From an uncultured Pseudomonadota bacterium (GTDB lineage: Bacteria > Pseudomonadota > Gammaproteobacteria > Burkholderiales > Burkholderiaceae_C), in NCBI GenBank assembly GCA_963758955.1, contig CAVWXO010000009.1, forward strand, positions 27,525-91,524: a stretch of DNA of 64,000 nt, written 5' to 3'. Each line of letters opens with the position of its first letter. Within the stretch, counting starts at the first letter, position 1. The notes under the pieces were generated by a model. That model did no database searches. It was given only the letters and a program-made list of their open reading frames with translations, and was not told the DNA's origin. Below, in pieces: positions 28,868-37,317 of this stretch. The position numbers and the translations under genes were made by a program.

Positions 28868-29171
28868 CGTCAGGCCCTTCTTGCACGGCCCGCTGGTGGC
28901 TGCCTTCGTGGCCTGCATGCAGGGTCTGGATGCAAATACTTACGTATTAGGCCGCGGATCGATGCTTCACTCCCCCTATGTCGGTGGCACATGGCGTCAC
29001 TGCCGGATCGCGAGCCAGGGCGCCACAAGTAGAATCAGGGTCTTTGTTTTGGTTGGGTTTGCGGATCGAAGTTCGATCCGTGCCGAAGTTGTTGAGCTTT
29101 TCGGCCAAGCCGACTGCCCCAGGTTGATTTCGCATTGGCAGGCCTTGGCTTGCAAGTTCAAGAGGAAAACT

Positions 29172-30083
29172 ATGAAATGCCCCGTTGTTGCGTTCACCCG
29201 GCTTCTCAGCGCCGTGGCTTTTTCAACCTTGATTGCAGCCTGCGGCAGCGGCGGTGGCGACTCTGGCGACGATGCAGGCGGCGGCGGTGGCGGTGGATCG
29301 GCAGCTACGGTCGACTTCCGAGTTACCTGCACGGTGATAGACAAGGCGACACTTCTGCCCGTACAGGACGCCGCGATCACCTTCAAGATCGAGGGCATCA
29401 ATCCCAGCCCCGGCACCACGACTGGGCCGGATGGTAAGTGCCTTGCGCTGGACATAAAGGCAGACGGCGTCACCGGGTTGACCCAGGTAGCCGCCTCAGT
29501 GGTCAAAGCAGGCTACGAGCCGGGCCAGTTTACGTGCCCGTCTACAACGGGTGGTGCGACATGCCAGGGAGACGTGCCTCTGGTTCCGCTGGCCACCAAC
29601 ACCAGCCTGCCTGGCAATGGCGATGTGGTGACGCATATCGGTGACGGCATCTACCGAGGGACCATCAACTCGCAGTTTCAGACGGACGCGGTTGGGCTGT
29701 CTGCGGACTTCCCGATTGCCGATTGGGGCACCAAGCTGCAGGCCAATCCGAACTGGACCCGGGCTACGGTTAAGCTCGAAGCCAAGGGTTGGCAGACGAC
29801 GATCGCACCCTATTGCAAGAACACCGTAGAGATGGTGGTTGATAATGGCAGTGGCGAGGTCGTCAAGCAAAGTAAGGACGGCGGCGACTCCAATCTTGAC
29901 GGCAGTTGGTCGCAATCGACCTTCGATTTCGACGTGGCAACGGTCGGAACATCGGGGACGGTAACGTTGCGATTCACGGCGGGCTCTTGTGATACCGGAG
30001 ACTTTGACGACTTCGAGACGAATAGCATCCGCGTGTACTATTGCGATGGATCAGCGGGTGTCTCATGCGCGCCGAAGCCCTGA
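29172..30083 (+). CDS. Hypothetical lipoprotein, paralog 2
   Basis: RBS AGAGG, ATG at 29172; lipobox IAAC, Gly linker; THIGD...NSQFQ...KGWQT...WS...AGSC...DDFE collinear with paralog 1. Confidence 0.8.
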   Translation: MKCPVVAFTRLLSAVAFSTLIAACGSGGGDSGDDAGGGGGGGSAATVDFRVTCTVIDKATLLPVQDAAITFKIEGINPSPGTTTGPDGKCLALDIKADGVTGLTQVAASVVKAGYEPGQFTCPSTTGGATCQGDVPLVPLATNTSLPGNGDVVTHIGDGIYRGTINSQFQTDAVGLSADFPIADWGTKLQANPNWTRATVKLEAKGWQTTIAPYCKNTVEMVVDNGSGEVVKQSKDGGDSNLDGSWSQSTFDFDVATVGTSGTVTLRFTAGSCDTGDFDDFETNSIRVYYCDGSAGVSCAPKP

Positions 30084-30358
30084 GGCAAGCGAAGGAATCG
30101 ACGAAGTAGTCTGCATTCGTGCACGGGCCTTTGACGCACCTGCCCATTTGGGAGGTGCGCCTCGGCGCATGGATGTCAGGTAGAGCCGGTCAGACCGATT
30201 TCACGGGGCTGCGCGTGGGTGTCCGAAATCTTGTGTGCAAATTCGCAGCATCCTCGCGGCCCACAGCCAGTAACAGCCCCAAGACTCTCTGCAGACCGAG
30301 TCTGAAATCGCCGGCCGGCCTTCAACTCCGGTAGTGCGCGCGGCGGAAATGCCGCGTC

Positions 30359-31792
30359 TCAGGCTGGCACACGGGGTGAGCGCGGCCTTGCTCGCGGCGC
30401 AGGCGCACAGCGCGCTTGCAATTCGTCCAGCGACTCCGCCAGCGCCGCCGACAATTCGCGCGCGTCGCCCACCACGTTGAGCGCCGTGGTGAAACCGAAG
30501 TCCATCGACCCGGCATAGCTCAACACCGTGATGTTCAGCCCCAGGCCGTGCTCGACGATCGACATCGGCCAGTAGCTGACCATGCGCGCGCCGGCGGCAT
30601 ACAGCGGCACCTTCGGACCCGGCACATTGGAGATGACCACGTTGGCCAGCGGCGGCATGGCCTTGCTCAGGCCCGAGCGGCCGTACAGCGTGGCCAGTCC
30701 ATGGATCACCCAGGGCACCCCGATGGTCGGGAAATCGGTGGGCATCAGCCCCTTGGCGCGCTTGGCCACGGCTTTCACGGCGCCAGCTGCGTCGCGGATG
30801 GCCACCAGCCGCTTCACCGGGTCGGCGATGTGCGTGTTCAGGTTGACCACGGCCATCGTCGCCTGGGTGGTGTATTCGGTGTTGCCGGCTTCGCGCAGCG
30901 AGATCGGCATGGCCGCAATCAGCGGCTTCTTCGGCACGCCGCCATGCCGGGCCAGATAGCGCCGCAGCATGCCGCTGCACAGCGCCATGACCACGTCGTT
31001 GAGCTTGGCGTCGTGCGCCGCCGCCAGCATTTTCAGCGTGTCCAGCGGAATCGACGCTCCGGCAAAGCCGCGCTGGCCGGTGATCGGCTGGTTCAACTCG
31101 GTCTTCGGGCCGAAGGCGGCGTTCTGCGAAAGAGGGCCCTTGGCGCGATCCGATGCGCCGCCAAACAAGCTGGCCAGCGTCTTCACCACCTCAGGCAGAT
31201 GCCGCACCAGCTTGATGTACTGGCCGACGTCGTGTTTCAGCGCCGCGGCCGCCAGTTCTGCCATTCCGGGGTGTTCCGCCAGCGCGGCCAGGGCCGGCGC
31301 CATGCGCCGCGGCTTGGGCGTCAGGTCGAACAACGCCTGCGCCAGCATCACGCCCGATTGCCCGTCGACCACCGCGTGGTGCACCTTGAAGTAGTAGGCG
31401 GCCTGGCCGCTTTGCAGGCCGTCGATAATCACCAGTTGCCACAACGGCCGACTGCGGTCCAGCAATTCCGCGTGCAGACGGCCGGCGCAATCTTCGAATT
31501 GCGCGCGCGTGCCCGGCTTGGGCAGCGTGACGCGCCGCACGTGGTAGTCGAGGTCGACTTTGTCTTCCTTGACCCACACCGGGTTGGCAAACTGCAGGGG
31601 CATCGGCGCCAGCTTGCGTGTGAACACCGGCGCCAGGCGCAGCCGGCCGCGCATCAGGCGCTTGATGTCGGCATGGAAGTCGCGCCGGTAGCCGCGCGGC
31701 AGATCGAACAGATGCAGCGACGCCACGTGCATCGGCGTCTCGGGCGTCTCCAGGTGCAGAAAGGCGCCATCCAGCCCGCTGAGGGCCTTCAC
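30359..31792 (-). CDS. Wax ester synthase / diacylglycerol acyltransferase (WS/DGAT)
   Basis: GTG start; LDGAFLHLETPETPMHV, LDRSRPLWQ, catalytic HHAVVDG, NVVISNVPGP. Confidence 0.93.
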   Translation of the reverse strand: MKALSGLDGAFLHLETPETPMHVASLHLFDLPRGYRRDFHADIKRLMRGRLRLAPVFTRKLAPMPLQFANPVWVKEDKVDLDYHVRRVTLPKPGTRAQFEDCAGRLHAELLDRSRPLWQLVIIDGLQSGQAAYYFKVHHAVVDGQSGVMLAQALFDLTPKPRRMAPALAALAEHPGMAELAAAALKHDVGQYIKLVRHLPEVVKTLASLFGGASDRAKGPLSQNAAFGPKTELNQPITGQRGFAGASIPLDTLKMLAAAHDAKLNDVVMALCSGMLRRYLARHGGVPKKPLIAAMPISLREAGNTEYTTQATMAVVNLNTHIADPVKRLVAIRDAAGAVKAVAKRAKGLMPTDFPTIGVPWVIHGLATLYGRSGLSKAMPPLANVVISNVPGPKVPLYAAGARMVSYWPMSIVEHGLGLNITVLSYAGSMDFGFTTALNVVGDARELSAALAESLDELQARCAPAPRARPRSPRVPA

Positions 31793-31793
31793 T

Positions 31794-32348
31794 TCACAGC
31801 CGGCCGGCGAAGCGCTGCAGCACCTGGGGCATGGCGTGGCGCATGTGCATCGACACGCCCAGCGCCGCCAGATGGTTGCTGTTGCGGCCCAGGATGGTCT
31901 GCGACAGTGGCAGGAAGACCGCCTCCTCGAAGCGCGCATGCGCCTGGTAGCTGTCGACCAGCGCCTGGATGTCGGCACCGTCGACATCCGATTCATGTCC
32001 CTTGGACAGCGCCTTGAGCTTGGGCTCGAGCTTCGACCAAGCCGCCTCGACCTTGCGGTGTTCGGCGGTCAGCGCGTTGACCAGCGCCTGCACGCGCTCA
32101 CGCTCCTCGCCCTTGGTGGCGCTGGCCAGCACAGCCGGGAAGAGTTCCTTCTCCTCCTCGGCATGGTGCTCGAACACCGCTTCGCGGAAGAAGCTCAACG
32201 TGTCGGTGGCGATCTGTCGCGCCCGGGCCGCCGGTTCCAGCAGGGCCGGCAAGGTGCCCAGAACCTGTAGGTGTCCGAGGATGCCGGCATGACACTGCGA
32301 GAAGTCTTCGATCGGCGAATGGCCGGCTGCGGTGGTGCTTTGGTTCAT
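31794..32348 (-). CDS. Hemerythrin (HHE cation-binding) domain protein
   Basis: FSQCH...EHHAEEEKELFP...EHR...HARFEEAVFLP. Confidence 0.85.
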   Translation of the reverse strand: MNQSTTAAGHSPIEDFSQCHAGILGHLQVLGTLPALLEPAARARQIATDTLSFFREAVFEHHAEEEKELFPAVLASATKGEERERVQALVNALTAEHRKVEAAWSKLEPKLKALSKGHESDVDGADIQALVDSYQAHARFEEAVFLPLSQTILGRNSNHLAALGVSMHMRHAMPQVLQRFAGRL

Positions 32349-32460
32349 GACGGACCCTCGATGGCCCGCGGCCCAGCGCCGCGGGATGTCCATGCGGGGC
32401 ATCGTAGGACCGCGCTCGCCGCGCGGTTTTGCGCGAGGTCAATTGCGCGGCGCGCCGACA

Positions 32461-33135
32461 TCAGGCCATCGCCGACTGCGCGGCACGCACCTCGACACGA
32501 ACCTGCTCGGTCAGCTCGGCCTTGGGCTCAGTGAACACCGGGCTGGTCTTCATCGAGTAGTGCCGCGGGTGTGCCACCGGCACCTCGTGGTCGAGCTTGA
32601 TGCGACCCGGGCGCGCGCTCATCACGATGACTCGGCTGCCCATGAACACCGCCTCGTCGATGTCGTGGGTGACGAACAGCACGGTCTTGCGCTGTTCTTC
32701 CCAGATGCTCAGCAGCAGCTCCTGCATCAGCTGGCGGGTCTGGTGGTCCAGCGCACCGCAGGGCTCGTCCATCAGCAGCATGCGCGGGTCGTTGGCCAGC
32801 GCGCGTGCGATCGCGGTGCGCTGCTGCATGCCGCCGGACAGCTGTTTCGGGTAGTGCCTGTCGAAGCCCTTCAAGCCCACCTTGGCGAGGAAGCCGTGCG
32901 CGATCTCCAGCTGCTGCGCGCGCGGCAGGCCGCGTTCGGCCAAGCCAAAGCAGACGTCGATGCGCCGACTGTCCAGCAGCACTTCGCTGTCGGTCTGCTG
33001 CTCCAGCCCGGCAACGATGCGCAGCAACGCGTGCTCTTGTCCCGGCCATTCAGGCCAAGGATGGTGATGAAGTCGTTCTCGGTTCGAGTTTCGTCGCTCG
33101 CGGCGGCAGCGTGGTGTCGAAGCGGTGTTCGACGC
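32461..33135 (-). pseudogene. Degenerate near-full-length duplicate of the ABC ATPase at 35756-36529
   Basis: C-terminal about 165 aa collinear with the intact gene; 24-codon internal deletion (GPGADRGMVFQSYTLFPWLTVLDN), Walker A decayed (GLNGRDKST vs GPSGCGKST), frameshifts, no start. Confidence 0.92.
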
Positions 33136-33139
33136 TTGC

Positions 33140-33260
33140 GGAGACTGCGGCGCCTCGCCATCCGCTGGAGAACACCGCCGGCTGTCGCGAGCAGGTGCTG
33201 AGCAAGTTCAGGCTCAACCTGCTGGGCCGTCCGGAAGACATCGTCTGGCTGGCGGCGTAA
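33140..33260 (+). pseudogene. Probable fragment of a short-chain dehydrogenase C-terminal region
   Basis: ETAAPRHPLENTAGCREQVLSKFRLNLLGRPEDIVWLAA* resembles the SDR 'LGRPEDIA' segment; no start or N-terminal part. Confidence 0.4.
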
Positions 33261-33303
33261 CTGCCAAGCGATGGGTCGAGCCAGGCCTGCTTGGCGCGGC
33301 GCT

Positions 33304-33789
33304 TCAAGCCCTTGCGCGCGCCACCTTGTGCAGCAGTTCCAGCAGGATGCGGTGCTCGCCGTCGCTGAGGTGGGCGAGCATCTCCACGTCGGCCGCCAGC
33401 AGCAGCTTCAGCGCCTTGCCGGCGATCTCGGCCCCCGGCCGGGTCAGGCGCAGGTGCTGGGCTCGCCGATCGGTCTCGCTGCGCTCGCGCTCGAGCAGCC
33501 CGCGCGACTCCAGCCGCTCGAGCCACGCCGCCACGCCGGGGCCGGTCATCGCCAGCGCGCGGGCCAGCGCCGTCGTCGTCACGTCGGCGTTCTGGTGCAG
33601 CAGGTGAAGGATGGTGAACTCCACCGGCCGCAACGTCATCGGCTTGCCCACCACCCGCATGAAGGCCCGGGTCGTGACGATCGAGGCCTGGGCAAGCTGG
33701 TAGCCGAGCAGGCCGTGCATGGAACCTTCGCCGAGACCGCCGGCAGGCGTGCGGTCGGCGCTGTCGCGTCGGGTGGCCATGGTTTGCAA
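33304..33789 (-). CDS. MarR family transcriptional regulator
   Basis: LLGYQLAQA...LRPVEFTIL...LERLESRGLLERERSETDRRAQHLRLT; start may be 33780. Confidence 0.9.
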   Translation of the reverse strand: MQTMATRRDSADRTPAGGLGEGSMHGLLGYQLAQASIVTTRAFMRVVGKPMTLRPVEFTILHLLHQNADVTTTALARALAMTGPGVAAWLERLESRGLLERERSETDRRAQHLRLTRPGAEIAGKALKLLLAADVEMLAHLSDGEHRILLELLHKVARARA

Positions 33790-33819
33790 TGGAGATGTGG
33801 ATATGGGCGAAGCCCCTGG

Positions 33820-33907
33820 ATAAGAAGCTTAACTTTATAACTTGGCGATCGATCGCCTAAGTGTAGTCCCTAGCATGCCGCCAAAATTAGCATAGTAAGC
33901 TTCCTAT
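33820..33907. promoter_or_regulatory. Probable MarR operator palindromes in divergent AT-rich promoter
   Basis: ATAGTAAGCTTCCTAT (33892-33907, 14/16 palindromic) and related ATAAGAAGCTTAACTT (33820-33835), both centred on AAGCTT. Confidence 0.6.
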
Positions 33908-33982
33908 CAGGCTGCTCCGTGACAACCGGCGCCTGCGCCGGACAGCATTGGCCGGCGCCATCAACTTGAAAGGAACGAGGCG

Positions 33983-35722
33983 ATGAACAGGTTCGACAAG
34001 AGCTTCGACTGGCGGCGGTCCGCCGTCGTACTGGGCGGCAGCGTGCTCGTCGCGGTGATGGCGGGCTGCAGCGACGACGACGACGGTCTGCCGCAACTGA
34101 CCGCAGCGCAGCCCGCGTCTCTGTCGGGCACCTGCGAAGCGTTGGCCGCCAAGCTGGCCGGCCTGGCCGACACCACGATCTCGGCGGTGACCACGGTGGC
34201 CGCCGGCCCGGTGAGCGGCGTGCAGACGGCAGAGCACTGCCGCGTCACCGGCGAGATGCTCCGCCGCACCAGTGCGGTGGACGGCAAGTCCTACGCCATT
34301 GGCTTCGAGATGCGCTTGCCCAAGAACTGGAACGGCCGCTACTACTACCAGGCCAACGGCGGCATCGATGGCAGCGTGAGCACGGCCGCCGGCGCACTGG
34401 GCGGCGGCCCGATCACCGGTGCGCTGGCGCAGGGCTTCGCGGTCATGAGTTCGGACGCCGGGCACAGCAACGCTGCGGTCGGCGGGCCGGCCTTCGGCAT
34501 CGACCCGCAGGCGCGGCTGGACTATGGCTACCAGGCCGAGGCCAAGCTGTTGCCCACCGCCAAGGAGGTGATCCGCCAGGCCTACGGCAAGGGCCCGGAC
34601 CGGCTGTACTACGGCGGCTGCTCCAACGGCGGACGCCACGCGCTGGTGGCCGCGGCGCGCTACGGCGACCAGTACGACGGCTTCCTCGCCGGCGCGCCGG
34701 GCTACAACCTGCCCAAAGCGGCGGTGGCCAACATCTTCGGCGCCCAGCGCTACCGCAGCATCTCCGACGATCCGACCAGCATCACATCAGCCAACCTGGC
34801 CACCGCCTGGACAGCGGCGGAGCGTTCGCTGGTGTCGCAGGCGGTGCTGAGCAAGTGCGACGCGCTGGACGGGGCGAGCGACGGCATGGTGCAAGACACC
34901 GCCGCCTGCCAGGCCGCCTTCAATCTGCAGAGCGATGTGCCGACCTGCGGCGGCGCGCGCGACGGCACCTGCCTCACGGCGGCGCAGAAGGGGGTCATTG
35001 CCGAGATCTTCGCCGGGCCGAAGACCAGTGCCGGCGCTGCGGTGTACGCGAGCTTCCCGTTCGACAGCGGTCACGGCACGGCCGGGGTGGCCAACTGGGA
35101 GTTCAATGCGTCGGTGCAACTGGACCCGGGCGCCGTGGGGTTGATCTTCAAGGTGCCGCCACTGTCCGGCGCGAGCACGGCCGCCGAGTTGGCCACCTGG
35201 GCCCTGACCACCTCCATCGACTCGATGGTGCAGGAGATCAATGCCACCGATGCCACCTACACCGAATCGGCCATGAGCTTCATGACGCCGCCGAATCCGA
35301 CGAACCTGGCGAAGGTGAAGAACCGCGGCGGCAAGATCATGGTCTACCACGGGGTCAGCGACGCCATCTTCTCGATCGACGACACCACGGTCTGGTACGA
35401 GGGGGTGGCGCGCAACAACGGCGGCAACGCGGCGAACTTCGCGCGCTTCTTCCGCGTGCCGGGCATGGGCCATTGCAGCGGCGGTCCGGCCGCCGACCAG
35501 TTCGACATGCTCAGCCAGCTGGTCGCCTGGGTCGAGCAGGGCCAGGCGCCTGAAACGGTGCTGGCCACTGCGCGCGGCGCCGGCAACGCCGGTGGCGTGA
35601 ACGGCGACCTGCCGGCGGGCTGGTCGGCCACCCGCACGCGCCCGCTGTGCCCCTACCCGAAGGTGGCACGCTATAAGGGCAGCGGCGACGTGGAGAGCGC
35701 CGACAGCTTCGTCTGCCAGTAG
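33983..35722 (+). CDS. Tannase/feruloyl esterase family lipoprotein (MHETase-related)
   Basis: Lipobox MAGC; GCSNGGR nucleophile, YHGVSD acid, PGMGHCSGG base (CS-D-HC motif); RTRPLCPYP C-terminus. Confidence 0.92.
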   Translation: MNRFDKSFDWRRSAVVLGGSVLVAVMAGCSDDDDGLPQLTAAQPASLSGTCEALAAKLAGLADTTISAVTTVAAGPVSGVQTAEHCRVTGEMLRRTSAVDGKSYAIGFEMRLPKNWNGRYYYQANGGIDGSVSTAAGALGGGPITGALAQGFAVMSSDAGHSNAAVGGPAFGIDPQARLDYGYQAEAKLLPTAKEVIRQAYGKGPDRLYYGGCSNGGRHALVAAARYGDQYDGFLAGAPGYNLPKAAVANIFGAQRYRSISDDPTSITSANLATAWTAAERSLVSQAVLSKCDALDGASDGMVQDTAACQAAFNLQSDVPTCGGARDGTCLTAAQKGVIAEIFAGPKTSAGAAVYASFPFDSGHGTAGVANWEFNASVQLDPGAVGLIFKVPPLSGASTAAELATWALTTSIDSMVQEINATDATYTESAMSFMTPPNPTNLAKVKNRGGKIMVYHGVSDAIFSIDDTTVWYEGVARNNGGNAANFARFFRVPGMGHCSGGPAADQFDMLSQLVAWVEQGQAPETVLATARGAGNAGGVNGDLPAGWSATRTRPLCPYPKVARYKGSGDVESADSFVCQ

Positions 35723-35755
35723 CCCGTCCGATTGGGAACTCGGCGCGCTGTCGCT

Positions 35756-36529
35756 TCAGGCCATCGCCGCCTGCGCGGCGCGCACCTCCACCCGCACCTG
35801 CTCGGTCAACTCGGCCTTCAGCTCGGTGAACTCGGGCGTGGTCTTGACCGAGTAGTGCCGCGGGTGCGCCAGCGGCACGTCGCGGTCGAGCTTGATGCGC
35901 CCCGGCCGCGCGCTCATCACGATGACGCGGCTGCCCATGAACACCGCCTCGTCGATGTCGTGGGTGACAAACAGCACGGTCTTGCGCTGCTCTTCCCAGA
36001 TGCCCAGCAGCAGCTCCTGCATCAGCTCGCGCGTCTGGTGGTCCAGCGCGCCGAAGGGCTCGTCCATCAGCAGCATGCGCGGGTCGTTGGCCAGCGCGCG
36101 GGCGATCGCGGTGCGCTGCTGCATGCCGCCGGACAGCTGCTTCGGGTAGTGCTTGTCGAAGCCCTTCAAGCCCACCTTGGCCAGGAAGCCGTGCGCGACT
36201 TCCAGCTGTTGCGCGCGCGGCAGGCCGCGTTCGGCCAGGCCGAAGCAGACGTTGTCCAGCACCGTCAGCCACGGGAACAGCGTGTAGCTCTGGAACACCA
36301 TGCCGCGGTCGGCACCGGGCCCGTCGATGCGCTGGCCGTCGAGCAGCACCTCGCCGGCGGTGGGCGTGTCCAGCCCGGCGACGATGCGCAGCAGCGTGCT
36401 CTTGCCGCAGCCGCTGGGGCCGAGGATGGTGATGAAGTCGTTTTCGGCGACGTCCAGGTTCGTCGACTGCAACGCCAGCGTGGTGTCGAAGCGGCGCTCG
36501 ACACCGCGGATCGAAAGGATGTTGGCCAT
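35756..36529 (-). CDS. NitT/TauT family ABC transporter ATP-binding protein
   Basis: GPSGCGKST, LSGGMQQR, LLMDEPF, VTHD; start MANILSIRG at 36529. Confidence 0.95.
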   Translation of the reverse strand: MANILSIRGVERRFDTTLALQSTNLDVAENDFITILGPSGCGKSTLLRIVAGLDTPTAGEVLLDGQRIDGPGADRGMVFQSYTLFPWLTVLDNVCFGLAERGLPRAQQLEVAHGFLAKVGLKGFDKHYPKQLSGGMQQRTAIARALANDPRMLLMDEPFGALDHQTRELMQELLLGIWEEQRKTVLFVTHDIDEAVFMGSRVIVMSARPGRIKLDRDVPLAHPRHYSVKTTPEFTELKAELTEQVRVEVRAAQAAMA

Positions 36530-36531
36530 GC

Positions 36532-37311
36532 TCAACGCCCCAGTTGTGCCCACGGGAACAGGCGGCGGTTGACCCATTTGAAGAACAGGTCGCTGGCCAG
36601 CCCGATCAGGCCGATGACGATGATGCCGAAGATGATCTGGTCGGTGGCCAGCAGCGCCTGGCTGTCGGTGATCATGTGGCCGATGCCGCTGGACGCACCG
36701 ATCAGCTCGGCCACGATCACGTAGGTCCAGGCCCAGCCCAGCACCATGCGCAGGTGCTCGGCGATTTCCGGCGCCGCGCCGGGAATGAGCACGCGGCGGA
36801 TCAGCGACGCATCGCCCACGCCCAGCGTGTAGGCCGCCTCGACCAGATCGCGCCGCGTGTTGCCCACCGTCACGCTGATCATCAGCACCAGGCTGAAGAA
36901 GCTGCCGATGAAGATCACCGCCAGCTTCTGCGCCTCGCCGATGCCGGCCCACAGGATCAGCAGGGGGATGAAGGCCGATGCCGGCAGGTAGCGCGCGAAG
37001 CTGACGAAGGGCTCGAAGAAGGCTTCGATGGGCTTGTAGGCGCCCATGGCCACCCCCAGCGGCACGGCGATGACCGCGGCAATGAGGAAACCGCCGACCA
37101 CGCGGAACACCGTCATGCCGATGTCCTTGGCAAAGCCCATCTCGGTGAGCAGCACCCAGCCGCTGCGCAGCATCTTCAGCGGGTCGGCCAGGAAGATCGG
37201 GTTGACCCACCCGCTGAAGGTGGCCGCCGACCAGACGGCCACGAACAGCACGAAGAAGCCCACGCCGAGCGCGACGCGCGCACCCGGCGCCACCGGGGTC
37301 AGCGGACGCAT
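36532..37311 (-). CDS. NitT/TauT family ABC transporter permease
   Basis: Hydrophobic helices; LVEAAYTLG EAA loop; IVAELIGASSGIG. Confidence 0.93.
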   Translation of the reverse strand: MRPLTPVAPGARVALGVGFFVLFVAVWSAATFSGWVNPIFLADPLKMLRSGWVLLTEMGFAKDIGMTVFRVVGGFLIAAVIAVPLGVAMGAYKPIEAFFEPFVSFARYLPASAFIPLLILWAGIGEAQKLAVIFIGSFFSLVLMISVTVGNTRRDLVEAAYTLGVGDASLIRRVLIPGAAPEIAEHLRMVLGWAWTYVIVAELIGASSGIGHMITDSQALLATDQIIFGIIVIGLIGLASDLFFKWVNRRLFPWAQLGR

Positions 37312-37317
37312 GCCGGC

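Noticed and set aside
27921-29153. Sigma-54 promoters (TTGG...TTGCA) upstream of both lipoproteins
   Set aside because: GG to GC spacing is not the required 10 nt in either case.
29250-29300. GGC-rich short repeats as CRISPR or VNTR
   Set aside because: They encode the Gly/Ser linker after the lipobox; no repeat-spacer pattern and no cas genes.
27540-30330. Integron cassette array or prophage remnant
   Set aside because: No integrase, no repeated attC-like elements recognised after the two genes, no phage genes.
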